Shown here: in pieces, positions 35,312-48,396 of the stretch
How the letters are laid out: each line of letters starts with the position of its first letter
Numbering within the stretch: position 1 is the first letter of the stretch
Assembly (NCBI RefSeq): GCF_004010195.1
Contig: NC_057758.1
Span: 6,625,082 to 6,689,081 of the forward strand
DNA: 64,000 nucleotides
Origin: Chiloscyllium plagiosum
Taxonomy: Eukaryota
Direction: 5' to 3'
Program-made: the position numbers and the translations under genes
Notes under the pieces: generated by a model
Told to the model about the DNA's origin: nothing
Seen by the model: only the letters and a program-made list of their open reading frames with translations
Database searches by the model: none

Positions 35312-38294
35312 CTTCTGTTCCCTAGATGCTGCCTGACCTGCTGTGCTGTTCCAGCAATAAAGTTTCAGCGTTGATCTCCAGCGTCTGCAGACCTCACTTT
35401 CTCCTCTTGCCACTCATGTCTGCTTTCGTGATTCATTATATTGTCATTCTCTTTCCCACAAGGAATAATTTTTTGATATTGTAAGTTTGGCAAATAATGA
35501 CTCATTTTGTCTCAATCCACTTATATACACTCACAGCTCCATGTAACGTGGATAGAGCACACTGGAAGCATTGACCACTTCTCTTCACTATCTACCTGTG
35601 CACTCTTCTAGTCCCGTTCCACCTTGGGATATTACAGTAGAAGCACTGTACACACCTCACAACGCAAAATATTTTGGGATGTCAGTCAAGAGAATATTAG
35701 TCACCCTTCGAAATCCAATTCACGGCGGGAAGAATACACTTGCAGCAATATGCGATCTTCTGATCACAAGCTACCTCAGATCGACTACATTTAAGTACTG
35801 TGCAATCTTCTGACTACAGTTAAGCTTGGATAGAACACACGAGCAGTACGGACAAACGTCAGTTTACAAATTATATGGCTTAGATCACATTTGGAGCGCT
35901 TTCCAGTCATATACAAAATGATTCCCAGCCGACAAGCCTGGGGATTGATGGCTCATTCCTGCTGACATTAATGTGCTGTTCCTTCCTGTCTCCAGCAGAT
36001 GCGTCTGCGAGCAGAATGAAGAAAGATGCCCTTCGTCTATTTTGAAAGCGATGAGAAAACGAGGGTAATGCAATGTTGGAATCGTGACCATTGCTGTACC
36101 AAGTAATGAGAAGCACAACGCACAGCATTTCGCCCTGTGTTGTGCCTCGGATCACCTAACCTACATTGATTGCAATTGTTGTCATTCAGACATAATTAGT
36201 TTGTATGCATTCTCTTTCCTTGACCAGTTGCTTTAAGAATGCTGTGCATGTGTGTGTTTGTGTTTTCGTGGGAGTGAGAAAGATAGAGGCGGGTAGTATT
36301 AACGAATATAAAGGTCTTCTGTCCTCCCTTCAACGGGTTGTTATTGCGATGATCTCAGCGGACAATAAAGAAAGCACTGATTATTCTCTCGTGACCCTGG
36401 TGCTCATGCAACCCATCACTGCTGGAGAAGGAATGAGTGCAAGTTACTTTATAGAATGTGAGTGTATTTCTCTGTATCCACAGAATACATCAGATGAAGT
36501 GGTAGAGACCATCCAAAACACTCAATCCTGAGGTGATATTCAGGTAAATCGAGGCTAAATATGTGTCTCAATCTGGTCAGGAATCCTTAAAACACGATCC
36601 TTTTGCAATCATCAATCACAGACCTGAAATTTCCACTGAGTGTGTCTCATGATTTAGCCAACTTGATGTCCACCAAGGAGTTAGAATTAACTATGGATTA
36701 TTTCTTATCTCTGAGAGACATCAGGCACAAACCAAATATATATTTTCAAATCCCTCCAGGGTCTCTCTCCGCTCTGTTACAAAAATCCCCTTTATCGCAG
36801 GGAACCACTCCAGAAAAGCTCTGTGTTCATCTTGGTCGAGCCTCTTGCCCACTCTGAGACTAGACTCCAGTCACCATCGGTCGCTGCATCCACAGCTGTT
36901 TGGAAACGAAGCTGTGCCCTTCATAGAATGAACCTCTTCATCCCTTATCTCCTCCTTCTTTGCTGCCCATGTTTCCTGCCACGTGTTGCAACACACCTTT
37001 GGTAGCCCCTCCATAACGTCATTTTCTGTGTGACACCATCAATTTGTTTCTCAATACTTTTGCCCAGTAAAACTGCCTGGGAAGTTTCATTTCCAGCAAT
37101 TGATATAATTTTTGTCACTGTCACTATATATCTGATCTCTATAGAGCTTACTGAGTTCAAACTGGGAGCAGTGCACCCGTTTCTGTTTCTATGAACATCA
37201 TTTGAATCACATTCTTGTGGAATCAACATCCTTTTGTTGTCTGTGCCCCAGCCTTTGTGACCATTTGTCAGAAGAATGGAGGAAGGTGAACAAGGTCCCG
37301 TTTGCACAACGACGACACTCTGAAATCTTTGCACTGCTAACCAATTGCAGGATGCCTCTTGAGGAACTGGGTGAGAAAAAGGGAATGTATCGGGCTCTGA
37401 CTAAGCTGAGTAATTTCTGTTATTCGCACTTCACTTGTTTCAGCAGATCCAATAATCTCGGACCTCCCACTTTGTAAAACATTTAACCAAAACTCACTGT
37501 AATGATCTCTGCCTCTTGTCAGTGTCTAATTTCCAAATAAGACTCGGGAGGTTCGACACTGAGAGGGAGGTAGAGGATGTTAGAAAATTACAGGAACCAC
37601 CTCGACAACTATTAACTCTGACACAGTTATCCCCACAGAATCGTGCCTTCTAACCAATTTCCCAGGCTCAGATATCAACGTCGTTGAAGATAACTTGTGA
37701 CGCTGGCAGAGACCAACCAAAATTGTTGGGAGCAACATATCTGTATAAATAATAAGGAGGGACTGGCCCTGGAAGTCCGTAAAGATGTCTCCAGTCTCTG
37801 CCGTCCACCGCTCTGAGAAACATGTATTGTTGATTTTTAGGGCAGTCACATTTACGTGGAAAATGCAGGACTGTGGACGTCAAAACCTCTGGATCAGACA
37901 TGATCTTATTAAATTGCAGGGCACGTTCGAGTGACTGAATGACCTGCTCCGCTTCTGTTTTTTTTTATTTCTTCAAATCTCAAAGCGTCCTTATTGGGAA
38001 AAATAAATGTTCAGCGTTCTCCCAAGTGAAATAGAGCTTGCATTTGTCCATTTCAATTAGTAGAGGGAGGAGTGTTAGAACCCATAAGATTAAGAAGAGT
38101 TCGAATTTGAATGGAAGAAATACTTTCACACAGTGAGTTGCTGACAGCTGATTGAAAACACACGGAACACAATTTAATTGCTTTACCACGACTTACGTGA
38201 GAGTATGGCGTAGACTTGACGGTGAAGAAATGAGATGAATGGTCTGCAAAGTTGCGGATAGTGGTTCAGACTGAGTGCATGAACGTTTTGTGTC

Positions 38295-39220
38295 TCATGG
38301 CTGGATTTTCCTCCCTATGTTTAATTGTTCAACAAATATAACCATTCGTGTGATGGGATATGATAACAATGTCTTCATCTGCTCTCTGAACCTCCTCTGG
38401 CTCACGGCATAAATGCAGGTATTGGTGCAACAACTCATGAGCTGCATCATGAATCCAATCTCACGTACAAACCGGTGCAGGTATACAGACCTGTATCCTA
38501 AACTGAACATTCGGTACCAGGTGAAGTACAGCATTGACATGGACCACAGCAGGATGAAATTCCCTGAGATCAGAAATAATAGAATGCTAGATTTCCTTCG
38601 GTTCTCCAATTCTGGCTTTCTCCGACCCTCAACACCTTTATGAAGGCAAAGTCTCCTGTGAGTTCTGTTGGCCACAATGATATGTTTCACCGAGAAAGCA
38701 TTCAGTAGCAGTATCGGAATGAATGCTATGCCAGGAGTTCGGTGATGAAGAAATTCTACTGAAGTCCAAACCTTGGATAGCAGAACCTCCTTTGTTATTC
38801 CACAAAACCAAGGGTTATTCATTATCAAGTATTGACTCGTTAACATGAAATACCAGAAAACGTTCTTGATGCAGCTAAGCACAATCACTGCTCCCAAAGA
38901 CACAGCTGCTGTTTTTTCCCTGCAATATTTCCCTTTTAACTTCGGGCAACAAATGGCCACAAAGCGATCAAAGGTGAAAGCAACGGTGAATCAGACAGAG
39001 CAGTCAATGGTTGCATAAAGCAAGACAGCGTGGATATTACACACGGGGACATCCCTCAGAAAAATAAAATTCTTCCGATAAACAATTGGAATGTGTCGCA
39101 TGACAAGATCGACGATAATGACGAGCAGATCAGCTGCTGCCATGGCCACCAGATAGCGCCGAACAGATTTTGAAAGACCAGATGCAACCCGGGAAAAAAT
39201 CACAATTGTCAAAACGTTGG
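38295..39220 (-). pseudogene. GPR139/GPR142-like class A GPCR, exon 2, with in-frame TGA at 38991-38993
   Basis: Acceptor ttttaAG at 39222-39221; ANVLTIVIFSR..GLSKSVRRYLVAMAAADLLVII...DCSV*FTVAFTFDRFVAICCPKLKGKYC...ENRRKSSILLFLISGNFILLW...LMSCCTNTCIYAVSQRRFREQ. Confidence 0.93.
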
Positions 39221-39299
39221 CTTAAAAGAAGGGAAATAGGCAAGGAATTAGTCTATCAGACGACAGGAAACGCTAGAAATCTTGCTTACGTATTTATTA

Positions 39300-39985
39300 G
39301 TAATTTAAAGAATGTTTCACGAATCAATAAATTTGTAACCACCCAAGTTAATAGGGTTGTAAAAAAGTCATATTGCATGTTGGCTTTCTTTAGCATGGGA
39401 TACAGTTTAAGTGCAACGAGTTTAGGCTGCAGCTCTTTGAACCCTGGGTTGCACCATATTTGGAATAGTGTATTCAGTTCTGTATTAAGGAATGATGAGG
39501 AATCTTTCGAGAGGTTGCAGAGGGGTCTGACCACGATGTTGTCCGGATTGGAGAGCAAGTCTTATGAAGAAAGGTTGAGGGAGTTAGGGCTTTTTTTCTC
39601 ATTGGAGAGAAGAAAGGTAAGAGATACATTGATATATATGTACAAGACGATGAGAGACATGGAAAACTTGAATAGCCAGAAACTTAACCACAAGAGAGAA
39701 ATGTCTATCACGAGGGGGCATATGTTTTTCGGTGATTGGAGGATGGTACAGAGTGCGTGTCAGAGGTAACTTCTTTACACACAGTGTGGTGCATGCGTGG
39801 AATGCACTGCCAGCAGTAGTAGTAGCGTCAGATACCTCAGGGACATTTAGCGACTCTTGAGTATCACATGGATGGTAGTAAAATTAAGGGTATGGACATT
39901 ACTTTAATCTTAGAGTATGATAAAAGTTTGGCACATGATCAAGGGCTGAAAGGCCTGTGCCGTGCCCTACAGTTCTGTGTCCTAT
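39300..39985 (+). mobile_element. CR1 3' fragment in the GPCR intron
   Basis: ORF text ERLQRGLTTMLSGLESKSYEERLRELGLFFSLERRK; tail GGGCTGAAAGGCCTGTGC...TTCTATGTTC. Confidence 0.9.
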
Positions 39986-40199
39986 CTTCTATGTTCGAAC
40001 ATCATTTTGGTTGAACTCTCGGTACTAGTTTCAAAGCCGAACCTCTCCTGTACTTCAATACAAAGAGAAGCTGGTGCAATATTTAATATAAAAACATTAT
40101 AACTCTGGTTATATTGAGGGAATGGTATTATGTAATCTAAGTGCACTGAGGTAATGTACGATAATGTATCCAAGCTCCTTCTGAGGATCGAATCACGAA

Positions 40200-40625
40200 G
40201 TCACAGATTTCCGAAATTGTGGATCAGATCAACAAATATCCAATCCCTCCACCATCAGCGTTCAGTAGCAGCAGTGTTTGCTATCTACAAGATGCACTAC
40301 AGAAACTCAACAAAAATCCTTAGACAGCACCTTCCAAACCCTCTCACAGTACCAACGACAAGGACAAAGGCAGCATATACTCAGGGACACTAACACCTAC
40401 ATGTTCCCCTCCATTTCAGTCACCAACCTGACTTGGAAAATACCGTCGGTCCTTCACAGTAGTTGGTTCAAAATCTGGAAATTCCCTCCCTACCGGCGTT
40501 GTGGTCAACCCACAGCAGGTAGACTGCAGCGATTCAGGAAGACAGCTCTCTACAACCTCATTTAGGGCTAATAGGGATGGGCTGCCAATGTTGGCCAGAC
40601 CGCGACGCACACATTACTCAAATGA
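40200..40625 (+). mobile_element. 3' end of a LINE (CR1/L2 group, distinct family); related piece at ~42240-42590 (-)
   Basis: NIQSLHHQRSVAAVFAIYKMHYRNSTKILRQHLP; tail TAGGGATGGGC...TGTTGGCCAG. Confidence 0.75.
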
Positions 40626-40959
40626 CAAAAAACGCTGCATGGAAGAAAGTATTCCATGCCGAATCTCCCTGCCATCTCTCTCTCTTTCTCCTGTAAAGGT
40701 CCCAGACCTAACTTTTCCAATTCGTTTGAGCTGGTGTTTGTTATGGATTTTACAGTCGTGATGCAGCTGGTCCAAAACCGTCGGCATTGAAAAATACAAG
40801 ATTGGTTTACACAGTACTGAAAGAAACACAAACAAAAGAGAACAGATTACAGAATTTCTTAAACTGTGCGAAAACCCAGCACACTGCCACCTGCTGTTCT
40901 GAGTTCCTACTAAGATCCCCATAAATACCCTTAGTTCTTAGGCAGAAGAAAGAGGGTGG

Positions 40960-42010
40960 TGGTGGAGGATTGCTTTCAGACCAGAGGCCTGTGACCAGTG
41001 GAGTGCCACAAGGTTCTGCGCTGGATTCACTACATTTTGTCATTTATATAAATTATTTCTATTTGAACACAGGATGTATAGTTCGTAAGTTTGAAGATGA
41101 CAGCAAAACTGGAGGTATACAGTGGACAAACAAAGAAGGTTACCTCACAGTTCAACGGGTGTTGATTAAATGGGCATATGGGCTGATGAGTCGAAGATGG
41201 AATTTAATTGAGATGAATGTAGCGTGTTGCATTTTAGAAAAAACAAATCTTCGCACGACGTATACACTTAATGGTAAATTTCCAGAGAGTGTTGCTGAAC
41301 AAAAATTCCTTGGAAAGCAGGCCCAACTTTTTGAAATAGGAGTTGTAGGTAGATAAGATAGTGAAGACGGCATTAATATGCTTTCCTTTATTGGTCAGAA
41401 TATTAAGTATCAGTTTTGGGAAATCATGTTGCGCCTTGCACTATGTTGGTCGGCCACGTTTTTGAATATTGCAGGCAATTTTGTTCTTCTTTCAATAAGA
41501 AGAATGTTGTGAAACTTGAAAATGTTCAGAGAACATTTTCAAGGATGTTTCAAGGGTTGGAGGATTTGAGCTCTAGGGAGAGGCTGAATAGATTCGGGCT
41601 GTTTTTACTGGAGCATTGGATGCTCAGGTGTGACATTCTACTGGTGTAAAAAATCAAAAGCGGCATGGACAGGATGAATAGACAAACTCTTTTCCCTGTG
41701 GTGGAGGAGTCCAGAATGAGAGAACATAGATTTACCGTGAGAGGGGACTGTATAAAAGGGACCTAAACGGAATAGTTTTCAGCCGGAATGCTGTATGCGC
41801 ATGAAATGAGCTACTAGAGGAAGTAATGGAGACTGGTACAATTCCAGCATTTAAAAGGCATCTGGATGATTACTTGAATAGAAGATCTTAAAGGGATATG
41901 CGCCATGAGCTGGCAAATGAGACTGGAGTAGCTGAAGATATCTGCTTGGCACGGATGAGTAGGAAAGAAGTGACTGTTTCTGTGCTGTACATCTCTCTGA
42001 CTGATTCAAA
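40960..42010 (+). mobile_element. CR1 RT and 3' end
   Basis: RPVTSGVPQGSALDSLHFVIYIN...KFEDDSKTGG; LENVQRTFSRMFQGLEDLSSRERL. Confidence 0.92.
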
Positions 42011-44222
42011 GCTGCAACATGGGTGTCTCTGACTGAACGCAGGACTTAGCTTATCTATTGTTTCCCCTTGTGAAAATAGTGCTGAATTCAATTCTAGAAT
42101 TGTCGCAGTTAGTGTGGTGTGGGAACGCCCTGCCATTCGGGAGGAAGTTACAAGGTATGAGCTATGGGGAACTGGAGGAACCGTGACATATTTTAAAATA
42201 TGAATGTTGAGTGACTCGGAGGTGACCGCCGGTGGAGGTGTTGGCATATAGCTGCTACCCCCATCCTTCCTGATTGAAGCAGTTGTGCCTGGGGATGATT
42301 CTGTCTGAGGATCATTGGCGAATTCCTTCCCTGCATTTTATAGATGCTACACACTGCTGCCTATGATCGTTACTGCTGGAGCAATGGACGTGTTCTCGAA
42401 AGAAGGCTGGTTTGCTTTGCGTGGTACGGAGCTTATCGAGTTTTATTGGAGTTACATCAATCCAGGCAAGTGGAGAGTGTGACATCACACTCCTGACTTG
42501 CTCTTTGTCGATGAAAAGTCATAGGTGAGTTACTCGCTGCTGCATTTACCGCTGATAGCGTGCTCTCAAAGCTAATATTTTGGTATGCCGGATCTAGTTA
42601 TTGCACAGCGTTGTTACTGAGTGTAGAGTTGAGAATAAATGGCGGATCAGGCCTGAAGGTCCGAGCAGACTACTCTTGATTCTTGCTCATAGGTTTTATT
42701 GGGTCTCTGTGAATTGATGGAAGTTTTCAGAGAGAGAGCACAGATTGCCAAGCTACTGAACATTAGGGATAGCAAGAGCTATACGTTGGTTGGGGATGTG
42801 GGGACAGTTGGTTACAAATGAGCCCTTCCGACAAATGAGTTACCTACAGCTTGGGGCAGGATAAGAAGTTATCCTACATCAACCAGAGGCAAGAATAAAG
42901 ACAAAGACATTAATTCCAACCCAGCGAACACCGAGTTTCCTCCTTTCTACGGGATATACATGAAGAAAGCGGAGCATTCTCGATTGCAATAGTTAAATGT
43001 ACTCCCTGCACCACATCTAAACTTCTGAACCAACTGATGTACATTTAATTGAAGTTTATTATAACTTTCATTTGGAAGGTACAAAGCCAAGGCCCATCGC
43101 AAACGCTTTAAAATAAACACACGACAGAAACCTCGGAAGTCCAACCAATGATCGCAAACTAATAGACAAGTAGAGAAACTCTAGAATGAATCATGGAAGC
43201 TACAATAACAAGACAGGGCTTATCCCATTGGAAGAATTTCTTGCTGAAGCAATCGGCTCACGGTTTTGATCAGGTACAATGGCTTCTTTGACAAAGGTCA
43301 TACAAAATATGGATGAATTTTCTGGTTGTAAACTCCCTAGTCACAAATATTTCTAATGACAGACAGTCGGTGTAGAATAGGTTGTGGTGATGTAGAAGAT
43401 GTGGAATTGTGTCAAACATGCAATTATCAACTCTGATGTCTCGAGCACAGCTTGTGTGAAATTGGTGTGTCACGTCATGGTTCTAAAAGAGTTAAGGACA
43501 GAAACCACATTCTACTCTAGATAATCTGATGTTAGTGCAGAGACTATGACCATGGACTGAGGAATTCAGCTCAATACCTACTTGATGTGAGGTCTCTTTT
43601 CCATGCCTCCTGAAAGACTCAGCAATTATGGGTGCCAAGAACAAAGTGTAACAATTACTTACTTGTATCATGGAATAAAATATAGTTATCAGGCACATGC
43701 GAAGAGGAATGGAATATTCAGCCAATCAAGACTGTTTAGGCATTCAATAATATCATGTCAGATCTGTGGTCAATGCTGCAACTTGCTTTTGATCGACATC
43801 CTGCAATACATTTAATTAAAATGAAATATCTTATTTAAAGTTAACACCTGATCGAGCATTGACTGCTGTTTGTGGAAGATAGTTGATTTTTTTAAAGCAG
43901 TCTTTGTGAATGGAAGTGCTTGCTAACATCTGCCATGAACGGTCCGGTCCAAATTCTTAGTCCATCCACCTCGATTTCAAAAACAAAATCACTGACAAGA
44001 TGGATACTTCATGCGTCCTTTTGTTCTCTTCTTAATAACTGGATGACTTCCATCGGATCATCCCTTAACATTCTAAACTCTTAAGAAAACAGGCTTAATG
44101 TGCATAATGTGTCCTACGAACTTCACCACAACGTACTGTTCGTATTCTTGTAAATGTGAGCTGCAATCATTTCCAAAGCCAACAGACTCTTCCGAAGGGT
44201 GTAGAGCTCAAATCTGCTTAGG

Positions 44223-44847
44223 CATAGAATCCCTACAGTGTAGAATCAGGCCATTCAGCCATCGAGGCCACCACGACCACTTCAATCAAATCCTACTCAG
44301 ACGAACGTCACGTACACTATCCCTGTAACCTTTCATCTCCCTGGACCTTATGGGAAACGAGAATGACAAATCCACCTGAACAACATATCTTTGCACTATG
44401 TGAGAAAAAGGGGTGGCACGGTAGCTCAGTGACTGGCACTGCTGCCTCACAGCACCAGGCACCCGGGTTCAATTCACGCCTCGGGCAACTGTCTGTGTGG
44501 AGTTTGCACATTCCCCCTGTGTCTGCGTGCGTTTCCTCAGGATACTCCGGTTTCCTCCCACAGTCCAAAGATGAGCATGCCAAATGAATTGGCCATGCTA
44601 AATTGCCCGTCGTGAGAGATGCCTTAGTCATGGGTAAATGTAGGGGAATGGGTCGTGGTGGGTTGCTCTTTGGAGAGTCGGTGTGGACTTGTTGGGCCGA
44701 AGGGCCTGTTTCCACACTTTAGTGAAACTAATCTAATCAAACAGGGAACACATGCACATTCCACGCAGACAGTTTCTAAAGGTGAAATCGAACGCGGATC
44801 CCTTGTACTATGAGACAGCAATGCTAACCACTAAGCCACCGTGCCAC
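44223..44847 (-). mobile_element. Older HE1-type SINE split by a nested SINE
   Basis: Tail CATAGAATCCCTACAGTG at 44223; head ...GCTAACCACTAAGCCACCGTGCCAC at ~44825-44847. Confidence 0.8.
44411..44738 (+). mobile_element. Full-length HE1-type SINE nested in the opposite orientation
   Basis: GGGTGGCACGGTAGCTCAGTG...CCCGGGTTCAATTC...GAAGGGCCTGTTTCCACACT...CTAATCTAATC. Confidence 0.93.
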
Positions 44848-45469
44848 ACAGCACGCTGAATTTCCACTGCTGTAGAGAGGAATGTGTTGTCATAAAATGT
44901 TTAGGTGCACCAAAAAACGTACATGATCACTGGAAAAATGTCAACATTTGCGGAACCCAAGTTCAAGCAACAATGTGGTTAGGAGAACATAGGATGGATG
45001 ACGAACGGAAATATTCATGCACTTTAAACTGGTACAGAAGAGCTGCCAATGAGCAATACCTTCTGCAGATTTTAATTCCAGGGTCGCTATCAAGGTATTA
45101 GGAATATTGCATTGACTGTACACATTAGTAAGGCTTCATGCAGTGAATGATCTATGGCTTTGGCGATGGGCTAAATGTTGGGGTCGTCAACAGGATTGGT
45201 TTTGGGAAGTGTATGGAATCTGGATTTGCTTTCCATTTGCAAACGAAAACAATGTTTCTCAAAACAAAAAACGTCGCTGGAGAATCTCAGCATGTCTCGC
45301 AACATTTGAAGAGAGAAGAATCATTGGGAGGCAGAGGTGATGTTTGTGGAAATTGTCAAATCTTCCAGCAATTGGCAAAGTCAACACATACTGTGGTGAC
45401 TTAGTTCAAAAAGGCCGGTGCCAAAAGAGAGCATAATACATTAAGACAGCTTTGGCCGGTTAGAAATTG

Positions 45470-46340
45470 AACAGTTTAACATGTTAGGCGGAAATGTAGT
45501 CAGTGTAGATGATTCTAGAAAATTACATCGAGATATTGAGAGACGAAGTCATTGGAGAGAATTGTGACTAATGGATTTCAACGTAAGCAAATGTGAGTTT
45601 ATCCGTTTTCGATGGATAAAGGGGACCTTAAACGTGACGTGAAGTTAAGCAGTTGATTTACAAAGATACTTGGGTGTTCAATTGCAAAGGGCTTTAAAAC
45701 GACAGGAACAGATGCAACAACCAATCATAAGAGCTAGAAAAAATGCTAACCTTCATATCTTGAGGACGGGAATACAAAGATGTCGCTGTCATGCTGTGGA
45801 TATATAAAACACTGGATAAACTTCTCATTAAGTAACGTGAATATTTCTGTTCACCATACCTTAAAAAGGATATGTTGGGCTTTGGATTGGGAATGGTTGT
45901 ACTGACGATGTGAGTGGGGTGTGGGGGTGTGGAACGGTCCAGAGTTTACAGGTATGGGGATACCTTATCAGAAGTTATATACGTCAGACTAGTTTCTTCG
46001 AGAACGCAGGTGAAGAAATCATCTGTTGGAAACCATTCTAGATAATAACATGATTGACAAAGCCAAACGATTTCAATTGTGTGAGCATTCTGGAACTAGG
46101 GCCACACTCTGAGAATTAAGGCCAGCCTGTTCATGAGAAATGATAGGAAGCAGTGGAATTATCTTCCAGTAAAGACAGTAGATGCTGGATGAACTATTGA
46201 TTTTAGATCTTACACAGATCGTTTTTTAAGGAAGAGGCATGGGTTAATGGCGGATATATGGAGTTATGACACAGACACGTCGCAAACTCATTGAATTACG
46301 AAACAAGTTCTATGCACTGGATGGTCTATTGCTCTTCTGA
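45470..46340 (+). mobile_element. Old CR1 3' fragment
   Basis: Decayed CR1 3' ORF2 and tail motifs (CACCATACCTTAAAAAGGATAT; GGATGGTCTATTGCTCTTCTGATGTTC). Confidence 0.65.
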
Positions 46341-46466
46341 TGTTCATCTTTGCCTCAATGGGTGAGGGTGGGGGGGGGGAGGCGGGGGAACAGAAATGCT
46401 TGATTCCTGATGCCCCAAAATGTGAAATCTGAAATACAGAATGAATAGTTGGACAGACAGACTTAC

Positions 46467-46659
46467 CAGGTACACCCAAAATCGAAAGAAAGGGATAGTA
46501 AATGTGTTGGACTATCTGAAGAGACAAATTAATCCGTGATGATAATGGTATTCTGTCATAATTTGCAGAGAGATAGTCATATTACGATGAAAAACCTTTC
46601 CCCATTATTGTAGCCTTCCGATTGCAACTTTTCAAATTCGGACTGAATTTCTTCTGCAT
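46467..46659 (-). pseudogene. Exon 1 of the GPR139-like gene, with in-frame TAA at 46582-46584; 7.2-kb phase-1 intron to 39220
   Basis: MQKKFSPNLKSCNRKATIMGKGFSS*YDYLSANYDRIPLSSRINLSLQIVQHIYYPFLSILGVP then G|GTAAGT; the G joins CC at 39220 to give ...GVP-A-NVLTIV (TM1). Confidence 0.85.
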
Positions 46660-48365
46660 CAGCTCTCACCACCGCTGATAATTCCTCTCCGTAGCAGTGG
46701 CTGTTCTCTCTCTGGAAATGTATCAACAGGGCTGCAGTCTTAATCGAGAGAAGGAAATCTATAGGGACTCCATTCAGCGCCACCGAGGCTAGCAATAGGA
46801 GCAGACAAATACGCGAATTAAGATGATGTGAAGGCGATTAGTGACAGTCAACAAGGGACATTTAACCAATTACAACTCAACACATTTGCACGGCTATAGG
46901 TTTGTATCTTCATCAATCTGAATGAGGATTAGGAAGTTTCTTGAATCAAGAGTGGACCTTTCAACTTGGAACAATTATTAACGGGCAAAATGTTGTTGTG
47001 ATGATCCACACATCAAAAAACGTACGCCCAGTTTGCAAAACAGGGCAGAGGTGTGCAGTGAGGGCAATGCTTCGGGCATGAGTGGAACAGGAAATGCTCG
47101 CCTCCCGAGCAGAAAGCATATAAAATCGTTCTGTTCTCAACGTATTCAATGAAAATGCTATTTAATCTTACTCCCAAGTATTACCACTCGTGCTGTTTAC
47201 ATGCTGTGGAAGTGGCAGTCTCCTGGTCCTCCAGCAGGCACTCCAATGCCAATAGGCACTTGCAAGAATATAAAAATTAGGGACAAGTGGAGGCCATTCA
47301 GTCGCCTGTGTGTGAGCCATCAGTTGATCCGATCATTTCTGATCTTATTTCGGCCTCAAGTCCAATTTGCTAGTCGAGTTGAATTACCATTCATTCCATT
47401 CTAAATTAGAAATCAATCTTTCTGCTGAATAAATTTGATCATTGTCCTGACATCTATTTCGATCTGGGGGAGTGAAATCCAACAGCATTTGACCCTGTGA
47501 GGGATACAATTCCTCCTTATCTTTGTGTTAAACCTGCTTCTCATTGCGGTAAAACAATGTCGACTACCCCTATTTTTCGAAATATCCTGCCCATCCCGTA
47601 AATGTCACGTCCCTTTTATTGATCTTATATTCCTTGATTAGATCTCTTCTCGTATTTCTGAACCCCAGGGCGAACAAGCCCAGACTGCTTAATCTCTCTT
47701 CATAAACTAAACCATTGTCTCTGTCATTAAAACGTCACATTAAGCAAGACGACCGAATGGAATGAATACAGCTATCATGGAGTTTTTTTCTCAATACTGT
47801 AGAAATTGACAGAGCTGTGGGCTGGGTGGAATTTTCAACTTCGGTATAATGTTAATGCAAGATGCTGCCATGGGATGATGTGTGGATGGGTGATGTGAGG
47901 ACACATGTTGGTTGCTCCTGGAGAAAGCAGTCTAAGGATATTTAATCAGAAAACACAAAATGGTGGTCAAGTGTTTGAAATGTTGGAGAATTGAAGTTGA
48001 TATATTTTTATTTGTAAATTATTTGAGAGTTTACAGCAACAAAAGAGACTGACATTGCTAAGATGCGAACTGGCCTAAATCTAATTAAGGCACAGGATAG
48101 ATTTAAAGGACAGAATCTCTTTCTCCTTTTGCTCACAATTTGCGATAGATTGTCAATGATAAGCTTAGCCGTTTGGCACAAAATGCCTCGTGTGCACTTT
48201 GCCTTGTCAGCAATCAGCAGAGTCTGCAGCAGAAACCTAGCTGAGTAATAAAACATTTACCACATTGTTGGCCGAGCTATTCAGAGTCTAATTGTCAGGA
48301 TTGGGGGAAGGATTGCCTGGAACTGAACTCAAAGTGCGTCCACATTTTATGAATATCAGATTATC

Positions 48366-48396
<31 letters not shown>

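Larger units (their letters stand above)
34663..35403 (+). mobile_element. Penelope-like element insertion (partly in a gap), 13-bp TSD; unit B only
   Basis: TSD CTCTTGCCACTCA at 34650-34662 and 35404-35416; empty site in unit A near 25347; terminus CTGAAGAAGGGCATGTGCCCGAAACGTC...AATAAAG. Confidence 0.85.
27655..36364 (+). repeat. Segmental duplication unit B (left end hidden in the gap)
   Basis: Collinear with 17190-26146. Confidence 0.97.

Noticed and set aside
35571..36155. LAAICDLL/FKYC stretch as another GPCR relic
   Set aside because: Motif spacing does not match the GPR139-like exon 2 and no DRF or TM pattern is present
38991..38993. TGA as selenocysteine or programmed readthrough
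   Set aside because: It replaces a Trp (TGG>TGA), no SECIS was recognised, and exon 1 has an independent TAA
43060..43110. GRYKAKAHRKRF resembling the Copia RT motif YKARLVARG
   Set aside because: Single short motif with no supporting flanking RT motifs
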